Positions 28,434 through 37,810 of a stretch of 64,000 nt of DNA are shown here, piece by piece. Origin of the DNA: Spirochaetaceae bacterium (lineage in GTDB: Bacteria > Spirochaetota > Spirochaetia > Treponematales > Breznakiellaceae); the NCBI GenBank assembly GCA_031279015.1, contig JAITJI010000101.1, positions 1,582-65,581 on the forward strand, written 5' to 3'. A model generated the notes under the pieces. That model was not told the DNA's origin. It made no database searches and saw only the letters and a list, made by a program, of their open reading frames with translations. Every line of letters starts with the position of its first letter. Positions within the stretch are counted from its first letter, which is position 1. The translations under genes and the position numbers were made by a program.

Positions 28434-30233
28434 TTACCCTGTAGACTTGTTGTCCGGCTGTCCCAAGGGCCCTCTGGGTGTCACAATCCTGAAAAGAGAC
28501 CCTTCACCGGCATGGCTTTCAACCTCCACTCTGCCTTGATGGATCAGGGCGATGTGGCGCACGATGGAAAGCCCCAGTCCGGTCCCGCCGGCCTCACGGC
28601 TACGCGCCCGGTCAACCCGGTAGAAACGCTCAAAGATCCGCTCAAGGTGTTCCTGGGGGATCCCTATCCCCTGATCCTGCACCTCGATAGCCAGTTCCTC
28701 CCCGGAGACATAGGCCCCGGCTCGTACCCGGGAACCGGCAGGTGAATACTTGAGGGCGTTATCCAGCAGGTTTATTACCGCTTGAATAATAAAAGATCCG
28801 TAGAGTTTCGCGGTGAGTCCGGCGGGACATTGAACCGTAATCGCTATATCCTTGTTCTTTGCCTGAAACCGGACCGCCCCGACGGCTTCCTCCAGCAGCA
28901 CAGAAACATCGGTTTCCTCCATGCCCGGACGGGGATTCCCCTCATCCTCCAGACTCACCAAGGCCAAAAGATCGTTGACAAGGTTTTCCATACCCTGGGC
29001 ATTTTTTTGAATGATCTCAATACAATGGCGGATCTCATCCGGGTCATCGGGAGGAGATTCCAGCAGGTTTTCGGAAAATCCCTTGACCAGTTGAATGGGA
29101 GTTCGGAGCTCATGGGAAACATTGGCCACAAAATCCTTGCGTACCTGTTCAAGTTTCATCAGCCGGGTAATATCGCTCAACACCATCACTACCCCTTCCG
29201 GGGCTGTTTTGTCTCCCGCAGCCCTGAATGGCGCCGCAAAGACCCGGAAGTGCCGTTGTACACCCCCGATATGGAATTTGACATGGAGTTCCTCGGGGGC
29301 GCCGTGCTTCAACACCCGGTTGGCTGCCCCTTCCAGTTCGGCGGAATAGGTGGCGGCCAGGAGGGACAGGGAACCCGGCTGTACATCTCCCTCAATGGCA
29401 AAAATTTCCCGAGCCTGGGGGTTTGCCAAATGCAGCATGAGGCGATCATCCATGGCAAAGACCCCTTCGGTCATGCCGTTCAGAATGGCCTCAAGACGGC
29501 CGCCCTCCGCCCTGGCCTCCCCAATGCGGCGGGATAATTCGGCGGCCATACTCCGCAGGGCCCCTTCTACAACCATGAATTCCCGGGTATTCTGGGTGAT
29601 CGGAACAGAGGCCCCCACTGCCGGAGGATCCGCCGCCGCAGCCTGGGCAATCCGCACCAGCCGGTTCAGGGCCCGGGACAGGGAAAGGGAAAAGAGAAAA
29701 ACCACCCCGCACGCGGCAATGATTACCAAGGTGGCAATAAGAAAAAATGGCAGGGCGGCGGAGGAAACCCGCTGATTAAAGCTGGGCACCAAATGAGAGA
29801 GGCGGAAAACTCCGGTTATTTCCCCATTGGGGCCGTACACCGGCAAGGCCGCATAGATAAACTGGGAACCCAGACTGCTCGAATCCCGCCGGACGCTTCC
29901 CTCCCGGCCCGCCAGCGCGGCCACTACCTCCGGCCGGTTCCGGTGGTTTTCCATGTTCTCCACGGCGTCAATTTGGGAGTCTGCAATGACCTGTCCATCC
30001 GGCTGGATAAAAGTAAACCGGTAGGGACTCGTATTCCGCAGTTCTCCAAACCATGCCGCCACATCATCGGGCATCAAGGGCAACAAGGTCCTGGCGGTAT
30101 CAAGCAGATTCCCCGCATAGGTTTCGTAGTAGAGGGAATCCATAAATCCCATAACCGACAGGATAAAGATAAAGGACATACCTACTGCGGTTAAAAGAAG
30201 TACCCGCAAACTATTTCTAAATACTGTTTTCAT
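28434..30233 (-). CDS. phoR: phosphate-regulon sensor histidine kinase (PhoR-like)
   Basis: TM, periplasmic loop, TM, HAMP/PAS, H-box VSHELRTPI, and GTGLGLSIV. Last gene of the pst-phoU-phoB operon. The start at MKTVFRN (30233) is preferred over the track start at 30281. Confidence 0.8.
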   Translation of the reverse strand: MKTVFRNSLRVLLLTAVGMSFIFILSVMGFMDSLYYETYAGNLLDTARTLLPLMPDDVAAWFGELRNTSPYRFTFIQPDGQVIADSQIDAVENMENHRNRPEVVAALAGREGSVRRDSSSLGSQFIYAALPVYGPNGEITGVFRLSHLVPSFNQRVSSAALPFFLIATLVIIAACGVVFLFSLSLSRALNRLVRIAQAAAADPPAVGASVPITQNTREFMVVEGALRSMAAELSRRIGEARAEGGRLEAILNGMTEGVFAMDDRLMLHLANPQAREIFAIEGDVQPGSLSLLAATYSAELEGAANRVLKHGAPEELHVKFHIGGVQRHFRVFAAPFRAAGDKTAPEGVVMVLSDITRLMKLEQVRKDFVANVSHELRTPIQLVKGFSENLLESPPDDPDEIRHCIEIIQKNAQGMENLVNDLLALVSLEDEGNPRPGMEETDVSVLLEEAVGAVRFQAKNKDIAITVQCPAGLTAKLYGSFIIQAVINLLDNALKYSPAGSRVRAGAYVSGEELAIEVQDQGIGIPQEHLERIFERFYRVDRARSREAGGTGLGLSIVRHIALIHQGRVEVESHAGEGSLFRIVTPRGPLGQPDNKSTG

Positions 30234-30933
30234 AACCCTGCGCTCCCTTAAAGCGGTATCCCACACCGCGGATCGTTTCAATCATGTCTCCGGCCTCTCC
30301 CAGTTTTTTCCGTAGCGCCAGGATCTGTACATCTACGGAGCGGTCAGTTACCGGATAATCAGGACCCCGGATAGCGGCGATGATATGGTTTCGGGAATAC
30401 ACCCGGTCAGGATGGGAAAGAAAATGCTGCAACAGAGCGAATTCCGTTGCAGAGAGATCCATCTGCCGCTCACCGCACCAAGCCTCATGCCGTTCCGCAT
30501 CAAGCCGGAGCTTCCCCTGAACCCAGGATGTTTTTTCTGCAGGACCTTCCGCTGGTTCCTCAAGCCGCCGCAGGGCCGCCCGGATTCGGGCGATAAGCAC
30601 CTTGGGACTGTAGGGCTTTACCACATAATCATCCGCCCCAAGTTCCAGCCCCGCAATAGTATCCGATTCTTCTCCTCGGGCGGTGGTCATGATAACGGGG
30701 ATAGACCGGGAAAACTCATCCATCTTGATTTTCTTCAACACCTTAAACCCGTCCATGCCCGGTAACATGATATCCAGGACAATGCAGGCTACCCTCTCTT
30801 TTTTCAGCAGAGTAAGTCCCTCCTCACCGGTTTTTGCCATGATCAGTTTCCAGCCCTCTTTATACATGGCAAAGGAGAGCATCTCCTGAATATCAAGATC
30901 GTCTTCTATAATTAAGATTGCGATTTGTGCCAC
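30217..30933 (-). CDS. phoB: OmpR/PhoB-family response regulator
   Basis: REC (ILIIEDD...VLDIMLPGMDG...KP) plus winged helix (LSATEFALL...VDVQILALRKKL...IETIRGVGYRF). Sits next to phoU and phoR. Confidence 0.85.
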   Translation of the reverse strand: MAQIAILIIEDDLDIQEMLSFAMYKEGWKLIMAKTGEEGLTLLKKERVACIVLDIMLPGMDGFKVLKKIKMDEFSRSIPVIMTTARGEESDTIAGLELGADDYVVKPYSPKVLIARIRAALRRLEEPAEGPAEKTSWVQGKLRLDAERHEAWCGERQMDLSATEFALLQHFLSHPDRVYSRNHIIAAIRGPDYPVTDRSVDVQILALRKKLGEAGDMIETIRGVGYRFKGAQGYENSI

Positions 30934-30940
30934 TCAAACC

Positions 30941-31600
30941 TCACTCATTCAACTCTTCATGTTTACTTTCTACCATATATATTATACCCTCGCATATATT
31001 GGTTATATGATCCCCCAGGCGTTCCAGAAAACCGGAGGTATGGAGAAGGCGGATTGCCTTGTTTATCAGTTCGGGATGTTCCTGCATAAGTTCCAGAACC
31101 TCTCCGGTCAGGGCCTTGTGTTCGGTATCTATCCGGTCATCCAGGGCCGCTGCCGCCCGGGCGGACTGGGGATCCTGACTCAGGTAGGCGGCAATGGCGG
31201 CCCGAAGCATTTCCTTTCCTGTTTCCGCCATCCGTTCAAGATGCTCCAGGGATCGGAAGGGCGGTTCCCCGGAGAGTTTGATAGCCGCCCTGGCGGTGTG
31301 TACTGCGTAATCCCCCATTCGTTCCAGGTTGCCCGTAATTTTAAAGATTGTTACCAGTTCCCGCAGATCCCGGGCAACCGGCTGCTGGGTGGCAATGAGG
31401 ATAGCGGCCTGATCTTCAATCTTAAGCTGCATAGCGTCTACCACCGCATCGCCGGCCTTTACCTCATCCGCCAATTCGGTATCCGTACTTTTTAAGGCCC
31501 CAATGGCCCTTCCAAGGGCTTCTTCAACCCGGGAAGCCATAGACAAAACGTCGTGACGCAGGCGATTTAACTCTTCCAAAAAAAATATCCGCGTATTCAT
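30941..31600 (-). CDS. phoU: phosphate signalling complex protein PhoU
   Basis: 219 aa with two PhoU repeats (ERMGDYAVH, ERLGDHITN). Confidence 0.9.
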   Translation of the reverse strand: MNTRIFFLEELNRLRHDVLSMASRVEEALGRAIGALKSTDTELADEVKAGDAVVDAMQLKIEDQAAILIATQQPVARDLRELVTIFKITGNLERMGDYAVHTARAAIKLSGEPPFRSLEHLERMAETGKEMLRAAIAAYLSQDPQSARAAAALDDRIDTEHKALTGEVLELMQEHPELINKAIRLLHTSGFLERLGDHITNICEGIIYMVESKHEELNE

Positions 31601-31647
31601 ATTCGATCCCTTTTGTATATCATATCAACCTGCTCCCGGCGCCGGCT

Positions 31648-32406
31648 TTAGCCGAAACGGCCGGATATATAATCCTCGGTCCGTTTGTCCTGGGGATTGG
31701 TAAATACCGCTTTGGTATCATTGTATTCAATCAGATCTCCCAAAAGGAAAAAGGCGGTCCGGTCACTTACCCGGGAAGCCTGATGCATAGCATGGGTCAC
31801 AATGATGATGCTGTAATCCGCTTTCAGATCCCCCATCAGGTCCTCGATCCTCCCCGTTGCCAAAGGATCCAGGGCGCTGGTGGGTTCGTCCATCAGGATG
31901 ATCTCCGGCTGCATGGCGATACTCCGGGCGATACAGAGTCGCTGCTGTTGTCCCCCGGACAGGCTCAGGGCCGGTTTCTTTAATCGATCCTTGACCTCCT
32001 CCCAAAGCGCAGCCTTTACCAGAGAGGCTTCTACCAGTTCCGCAAGACCATGTTTGTCCCTGAAACCCTGCATCCGGGGACCATAGGCGATGTTGTCAAA
32101 AATACTCATGTTAAAGGGATTGGGCTTCTGAAACACCATGCCTACCCGGCTCCGCAGTTCCGTTACGTCCATATCGCCATAGATGTCTTCACCATCCAGA
32201 AAAACACCCCCCGTAACACGGCAGGAGGGGATCAGGTCGTTCATCCGGTTGAATACCCGGATAAAGGTAGATTTACCGCAGCCCGAAGGCCCGATAAGGG
32301 CGGTGATTTCCCGGTTCTGTAGGGTAAAATTGATGTTTTTTAGGGCGTGAAAATCCCCGTAAAACAAATTCAGGTCCCGAACATCCAGTTTTGGAGTTTC
32401 GCTCAT
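31648..32406 (-). CDS. pstB: phosphate ABC transporter ATP-binding protein
   Basis: [22 protein letters not shown] and [12 protein letters not shown] motifs. The length and tail (YISGRFG) are typical of PstB. Confidence 0.95.
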   Translation of the reverse strand: MSETPKLDVRDLNLFYGDFHALKNINFTLQNREITALIGPSGCGKSTFIRVFNRMNDLIPSCRVTGGVFLDGEDIYGDMDVTELRSRVGMVFQKPNPFNMSIFDNIAYGPRMQGFRDKHGLAELVEASLVKAALWEEVKDRLKKPALSLSGGQQQRLCIARSIAMQPEIILMDEPTSALDPLATGRIEDLMGDLKADYSIIIVTHAMHQASRVSDRTAFFLLGDLIEYNDTKAVFTNPQDKRTEDYISGRFG

Positions 32407-33260
32407 AGCCCTTCTCCCTGGTTTTTCCCGAAGTATGCCGAAATGAGTTTTGTCGCCGTGTTGATAACCACAACCAGTACGATAAGTACCATTGCGGTGG
32501 CAAAAGCTATACCAAAGTCATCGGGATTGATAGCTTCTTTGGTCAGATAGTACAGATGGATGGTGAGGGTACGGCCGGAATCAAAAATGGATCTGGGGAG
32601 GTTCCGGGTAATACCCACAGTGAGGAGTACCGGTGCAGATTCCCCCACTACCCGCCCGATGGCCAGGATGACGGAGGTGACGATTCCCGGCAGAGCCGAG
32701 GGAAGCACTACATGGATGATGGTTTGAAACTTGGTCGCCCCCAGGGAAAGGGAAGCTTCCCGAAAAGAAACAGGGATGGTCTTGAGGGATTCTTCGGTAG
32801 TCCTGATGATCACCGGAAGTATCATGATGCTTAGGGTACAAGCCCCGGCGAGAATCGACTGACCAAACCTGAAAAAACGGCAAAACATCAAAAGGCCAAA
32901 CAGACCGTAGAGAATGGAGGGAATCCCCGCTAAGGTTTCAATGGCAAGCCGGAGAGCCCGGACAAGCCCCGAATTGCCGGTATACTCATTCAGAAATATA
33001 GCGGTCATAAGGCCGACAGGCAGGGCGATGACCAGGGACACTACCACCACATAGAGGGTAGTAACCAGCATGGGGAAGATACCGTTTCGGGAAGAACTAG
33101 TTATAAAGGAAAGGTTGATGTATCCTACAGAGAACCGGACAATATAGACGAGGATAAAAGCCAGGGCGCCTATGACAAAAACCAGCGCTGCCACCATAAG
33201 GCAATACAAAAGGCCATCCTTCAATTTCCGGCTTTGACGTTTCATGCTACGCCTCCGCAT
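32403..33260 (-). CDS. pstA: phosphate ABC transporter permease PstA
   Basis: 285-aa permease with an EAA-like loop ([13 protein letters not shown]). ATGA overlap with pstB. Confidence 0.9.
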   Translation of the reverse strand: MRRRSMKRQSRKLKDGLLYCLMVAALVFVIGALAFILVYIVRFSVGYINLSFITSSSRNGIFPMLVTTLYVVVVSLVIALPVGLMTAIFLNEYTGNSGLVRALRLAIETLAGIPSILYGLFGLLMFCRFFRFGQSILAGACTLSIMILPVIIRTTEESLKTIPVSFREASLSLGATKFQTIIHVVLPSALPGIVTSVILAIGRVVGESAPVLLTVGITRNLPRSIFDSGRTLTIHLYYLTKEAINPDDFGIAFATAMVLIVLVVVINTATKLISAYFGKNQGEGL

Positions 33261-34437
33261 CCGTCAGCCGACGCACCCTAAGGATGATGCTGTTCAACAG
33301 CAGGATGATAATGAACAACATCACGCCGACGGAAAAGAGCATTTCACTGTGCCGTCCTTGGGCGTAACCCATTTCCAGAGCTATGGTGGCGGTAAGGGTC
33401 CGTACACTGTCCAGGGGGCTGTGCAGAAGCTGGACGGAATTCCCGGCTACCAGAATCACCGCCATAGTTTCACCCATGGCCCGGGATATCCCCAGAATGA
33501 TCCCCGCCAGTACCCCGGACCGGGCGTGGGGCAGGACCACAAACCAGGCGGTCTGCATTTTGCTTGCCCCCAGAGAAAGGGAAGCCTCCCGGTGAGACCG
33601 GGGGACAGCCCGGATGGCCGTCTCCGCAATGGTAATCACCGTGGGGAGGATCATCAATGCCAAAATGATAACCGCCGAGAGAAGCCCATTCCCCGAAGGA
33701 ACCTTAAAGGCAGCTTTGACCGCCGGTACCACGACCATTAGGCCAAAGAATCCATAAACTACCGAGGGGATACCTGCCAGGAGTTCTATACCTCCCCGGG
33801 CAACGGATGCAATCCGGGGATGCAGAAATTCCCCCATAAAAAGGGCGCATAGAATAGCCGGCGGTACCCCCAGGAAGACCGCACCAAAGCCCGCCAAAAT
33901 TGTCCCGATAATCATGGGAAAGATACCGTAGACCTTTGTGTAGGTGGGCCGCCAATCGAGACCTCCCAGAAAACGGTGCAGGCTGTAAGGCGGTTCCGGC
34001 AGAATGAGATGTATCTTCTGCTTTAGTCCCGGCAAAGCGCTCGGGTAGCTCAGGGTATACACATAGGCTTCAGGGTAGGTGATCTCCCCGCCTGCATCCG
34101 CAGTAAAGCGGATCATCCTTTCGGGGTCTTTTTCAGAAGGGGAGATCTCTATGTCTATGGATCGCTCCCCCCCCTGTCCGGCAAAACGCAGGGAGAGAGA
34201 CGGGGTGTTCCGGGGAACCGGTATCATAGCCGTATTCCGGTACACCTGGCCGTTTACGGTTATCTCATCAATCCTTTCGATAACAATCCGTATCCCCGAG
34301 TCGGTAGGCAGGATAAAGGGAACCGCGCCCTGGACAAGCACAAAAACCAGAATTGCTCCCAGGGCGAGGATGGAAAAGCCGGAAACCAGGGCAACGAGGC
34401 GTTTAAAGAACAGGTCTGTTTTCCGGCGATCCATCAT
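33247..34437 (-). CDS. pstC: phosphate ABC transporter permease PstC with a large extracytoplasmic insertion after TM1
   Basis: [13 protein letters not shown] loop. The ATG at 34437, just past the pstS stop, is preferred to the TTG at 34461. About 120 extra residues lie between TM1 and TM2. Confidence 0.85.
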   Translation of the reverse strand: MMDRRKTDLFFKRLVALVSGFSILALGAILVFVLVQGAVPFILPTDSGIRIVIERIDEITVNGQVYRNTAMIPVPRNTPSLSLRFAGQGGERSIDIEISPSEKDPERMIRFTADAGGEITYPEAYVYTLSYPSALPGLKQKIHLILPEPPYSLHRFLGGLDWRPTYTKVYGIFPMIIGTILAGFGAVFLGVPPAILCALFMGEFLHPRIASVARGGIELLAGIPSVVYGFFGLMVVVPAVKAAFKVPSGNGLLSAVIILALMILPTVITIAETAIRAVPRSHREASLSLGASKMQTAWFVVLPHARSGVLAGIILGISRAMGETMAVILVAGNSVQLLHSPLDSVRTLTATIALEMGYAQGRHSEMLFSVGVMLFIIILLLNSIILRVRRLTDAEA

Positions 34438-34439
34438 GG

Positions 34440-35279
34440 TTAGCCTTTTACCGAAATCCAACTCTTCTTCACAATGGCCTGTCCATCAGAAGACAGGACC
34501 CATTCCAGAAAGCGTTTGGTTTCCTGGTGTGAAGAAGCGTTTTTAGTAAGCAGGATGAAGGGCCGGGATATCCGGTAGCTGCCGTTTATGACGTTTGCCG
34601 TAGTGGCCGCTACCCCTTCAATATTGACGGTCTTAACGGAGTTGTCCACCGATCCCAGGGAGATATACCCAATGGCATCGGCATTCCGGGATATTTCGGC
34701 CTTTATTGCTCCGGTTCCGTCAAATTCCGTGGCCCCAAGGACAAGCTGGTCTTTGAGTTCGATGAGTTCCTCAAAGGCCCCCCGGGTTCCGGAACCAGGT
34801 TCCCGGGAAACAACGGCGATTTTCCCGCTTTTGCCGCCCCCGATCTGGCTCCAGTCGTTTATCCTTCCGGCGTAGATATCCCGGATCTGGGGGATGGTTA
34901 GGTTGGTAAGAGGATTGTTGCTGTTCACAATAACCGCAATACCGTCTATGGCAATGACCAATTCGTCAAGGCCGGAACCCTTTTCCGCAGGACTAAGCTC
35001 CCGGCTGGACATCCCAACTTCGCTGGTTCCCGCCGCCGCAGCCTTGATGCCATCGGAAGAACCGGTACCGTTGATATTGATCTTTACATTGCTCCGGATC
35101 TTGGCGTAATCCGCCGCCAACAATTCCATAAGGGGTGTAACCGATGTTGAACCGGCTACCTCAATCGTGTAAGGCGCATCGGAACCACCGGAGCCTCCCT
35201 CAGATCCCCCTCTGGCAAAGACCGTACTCAGACAAATACCGCCAAGGCAAACCGCAGCAAGAAAGGTTTTGATTTTCAT
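34440..35279 (-). CDS. pstS: phosphate ABC transporter substrate-binding protein
   Basis: Signal peptide and Gly/Ser linker, then VAGSTSVTPL...GTGSSDGIKA...GSGTRGAFEE (PBP-like PstS motifs). Confidence 0.9.
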   Translation of the reverse strand: MKIKTFLAAVCLGGICLSTVFARGGSEGGSGGSDAPYTIEVAGSTSVTPLMELLAADYAKIRSNVKININGTGSSDGIKAAAAGTSEVGMSSRELSPAEKGSGLDELVIAIDGIAVIVNSNNPLTNLTIPQIRDIYAGRINDWSQIGGGKSGKIAVVSREPGSGTRGAFEELIELKDQLVLGATEFDGTGAIKAEISRNADAIGYISLGSVDNSVKTVNIEGVAATTANVINGSYRISRPFILLTKNASSHQETKRFLEWVLSSDGQAIVKKSWISVKG

Positions 35280-35313
35280 GCTTTACTCCTCTTTAGTTAA
35301 GATGAGTCAAAGC

Positions 35314-35363
35314 TATACAAGTTATGTTAAGAACACATAAGGGTTATATGAAAAAATGGTTAA
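35314..35363 (-). promoter_or_regulatory. candidate Pho-box array: TTAACC, TTCATA, CTTATG and TTAACA phased every 11 bp, followed by a TATAGC -10-like hexamer
   Basis: Read on the minus strand 35-85 nt upstream of the pstS ATG. The 11-bp phasing of TTnAnn hexamers matches the PhoB/PhoP direct-repeat logic. Confidence 0.4.
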
Positions 35364-35504
35364 TTCAACCCGTGCCGGTGGAAGAGAAAGAGAACCGCAA
35401 GACGCCCCTGATCCCGGCCAAAAGAATAGCGGAGGATCTGCATCCGGCCTTTCAGATCCGGCATCTGCGGTTCATTTTTTCCGATATTCGGCACTAAGCC
35501 ATCA

Positions 35505-37097
35505 TCAGTTCCCCAGGATCTTCAGGGCTTCTTCCCGGTAGCAGTCCATGATGTAGGGAATACCCGTTACCTTTACACATTCCCCGGTAAGGGACATAAT
35601 ATCCTTCCGGCTTATCACCCCGATGTTGAAACGCCGGGCGCCAGCCATAAGCTGCTGCAGGCCCACTTTGATCTTATCGGCATAGCTGTAAATACCGACG
35701 GCCCCAAGGGGAATATTTTTGATTTCATCGGTCCCTACGATGTTTTTGACCTTTTCGTAGTTAACAAAGATCTCCTCCGGGGTCTTGCCAAAGTCAGAGA
35801 CCGTCTTGGGAAGGCTCCCGTCCCTGATCCACTGGGCAATATTCTTGCCCACCATTCCGGGGATCATCAGGCCCCGGCCCATACAGACCGCCTTGGCGTA
35901 TGGAGCGCCCAGAGCAAGGGCCTTAAACACACCATCCTCAGAGCTGAAACCTCCGGCAAAGGCCAGATCCGGAACCCGTTTGCCCTTTGCCGCAAGGATA
36001 GCGGCGAATTCCCAGGCGGCGCTGTGAAGGTAGATCGAGGGGATGCCCCACTCTTCCATCATCCGCCAGGGACTCATCCCCGTACCCCCGGAGGCGCCAT
36101 CGATGGTGAGGAGATCGATATGCGCGTCGGAACAGTATTTGATCGCCATAGCCAGCTCCTTCAGGCTGTAGGCACCGGTTTTAAGGGTGATCCGCTTAAA
36201 GCCCAAACTCCGCAGCCGGGCCACCTCCTGCATAAAACCTTCTTCGGTGACAAAACCCAAACGGCTGTGGCGCTCAAACTCCTTGATAGCCCCGGACCTG
36301 TACGAAGCCTGGATGATGGGGTCCGAGGGATCCGGCGTGACGATGTAACCCCGTTTTTGCAGTTCCAGAGCTCGTTCCAACTGGGCAACCTTGATCTCTC
36401 CGCCAATACACTTGGCGCCCTGCCCCCATTTTAGTTCAATCGTCTCAATTTTATGTTTATCGATGATGTATTCGGCCACCCCAAGATTGGTATCCTCCAC
36501 ATTCATCTGGATGAGGATCTCGCCATAACCCGAATGGTACTTCCGGTACGCCTCAATGCGCCGGTCCATATCCGGGGCCTTGGTAACCTTCTTTGCATTG
36601 TTGAGCTCCAGCGCCGGGTCGATACCGCAGACGTTTTCTCCACAGACGATGGTAACCCCCGATATTGCCGCCCCTACGGCAAAATGCTCCCAGTTTTTCC
36701 GGGCAATTTCCGTGGAACCCAGGGCCCCGGTAAAAATCGGCGCCGCCATCTTTACCTTCTTATCCCAGCCATAGGCCGTTTCCGTGCTGACCATGGGGAA
36801 GCGGGCGTTGTCCGGATCCGCCGGCACCCCGGGAGGCAGGCCTTCCGCACCTTGGGCATAGCCCTGGATGTTGAGGTGGGAATAGTCCACGGGGTAATTC
36901 TTATCACCCCCGGCGGTGACATCCCCAAAAGGCCCCGGATAGATGAGTTCCCGGCCCCGGAAGGTGGCCTTGAAGATTTCACAGTTGCCCCGGCATCCAT
37001 CAACGCACCGTGAACACAGACCACTGCAAGGCACTACACTTGCGGAACGGTTTACCGATCTTGTGGCATCATTACTGTTCGGTCTTTGCAGATTCAT
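35505..37097 (-). CDS. FMN-binding glutamate synthase family protein (GltB FMN-domain-like, stand-alone) with a Cys-rich N-terminus
   Basis: About 530 aa. CSGLCSRCVDGCRGNC cluster, TIDGASGGTGMSPW and GGFSSEDGVFKALALGA (Glu_synthase TIM-barrel motifs). The start MNLQRP at 37097 is preferred. Confidence 0.8.
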   Translation of the reverse strand: MNLQRPNSNDATRSVNRSASVVPCSGLCSRCVDGCRGNCEIFKATFRGRELIYPGPFGDVTAGGDKNYPVDYSHLNIQGYAQGAEGLPPGVPADPDNARFPMVSTETAYGWDKKVKMAAPIFTGALGSTEIARKNWEHFAVGAAISGVTIVCGENVCGIDPALELNNAKKVTKAPDMDRRIEAYRKYHSGYGEILIQMNVEDTNLGVAEYIIDKHKIETIELKWGQGAKCIGGEIKVAQLERALELQKRGYIVTPDPSDPIIQASYRSGAIKEFERHSRLGFVTEEGFMQEVARLRSLGFKRITLKTGAYSLKELAMAIKYCSDAHIDLLTIDGASGGTGMSPWRMMEEWGIPSIYLHSAAWEFAAILAAKGKRVPDLAFAGGFSSEDGVFKALALGAPYAKAVCMGRGLMIPGMVGKNIAQWIRDGSLPKTVSDFGKTPEEIFVNYEKVKNIVGTDEIKNIPLGAVGIYSYADKIKVGLQQLMAGARRFNIGVISRKDIMSLTGECVKVTGIPYIMDCYREEALKILGN

Positions 37098-37215
37098 ATA
37101 ACACTCTCCATTCGTTGAATTACACCTCTCTTTTAGTAACAATTATTCTACCATGGGTTATTGAAAATGCAAGGGGCATTGGAAATACCCGTTAAATCGT
37201 ATAAGGTATAACGGT

Positions 37216-37533
37216 ATGACCGAATCAACAAGGCGAATCATTGAAGCAATAGAGGCGGTTCCTCCGGGCAAAGTATCCTGTTACCGGGACATCGCCTTTA
37301 CCGCAGGACTGCCCAACGGCGCCCGGCAGGTGGTCCGGGTTCTCCACTCCATGACCCGGGTCAGGAAGCTTCCCTGGCACCGTATCATAAAGGCCAACGG
37401 TCACATCGCCTTTGCCCCGGGAGATGGGCTGGAACTACAGGCGGCCCTGCTCCGCGCCGAAGGAGTCGAGGTCTCCGCTACAGGAACGGTTGACCTGGAC
37501 CGGTTTGGGCTTACTTCGTTTGACTGCTTTTAA
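37216..37533 (+). CDS. alkyltransferase-like (ATL) protein: an MGMT-fold DNA-binding domain with Trp replacing the active-site Cys
   Basis: 105 aa. VPPGKVSCYRDIA...GARQVVRVL...LPWHRIIKANG, that is PWHR in place of PCHR, as in E. coli YbaZ and S. pombe Atl1. Confidence 0.8.
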   Translation: MTESTRRIIEAIEAVPPGKVSCYRDIAFTAGLPNGARQVVRVLHSMTRVRKLPWHRIIKANGHIAFAPGDGLELQAALLRAEGVEVSATGTVDLDRFGLTSFDCF

Positions 37534-37810
37534 ACCCGGGGAATGTTTCCAATCCGTATAGTTATTCCCCCGGTTCAAAGCCAGCCAGAATCCCTGCGGG
37601 ACAGCCGGTCCCGTCAAAACAGTACTGCCCCCGGGTGATACGCCAGATTTCTCCCGCCGGGTTAATCCAGGTAAGGTCCTGTACATGATCCCCCATGCCA
37701 CCCCAGCACAGGGAATTAGGACCCCAGCCATTACAGGCAAAACCGCCCCCAAACTCGCCGTGGTTGGGGAAGTCCTTTAGCGGCGGCCTGGCGTATGAGG
37801 GCGGCGGCCA

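Noticed and set aside
37435-37752. 105-aa minus-strand ORF overlapping the 3' end of the ATL gene
   Set aside because: It overlaps the ATL coding sequence by 99 nt, and its product looks like out-of-frame reading. A different frame of the same region (37565-37810) looks more coding-like and is reported separately as a finding.
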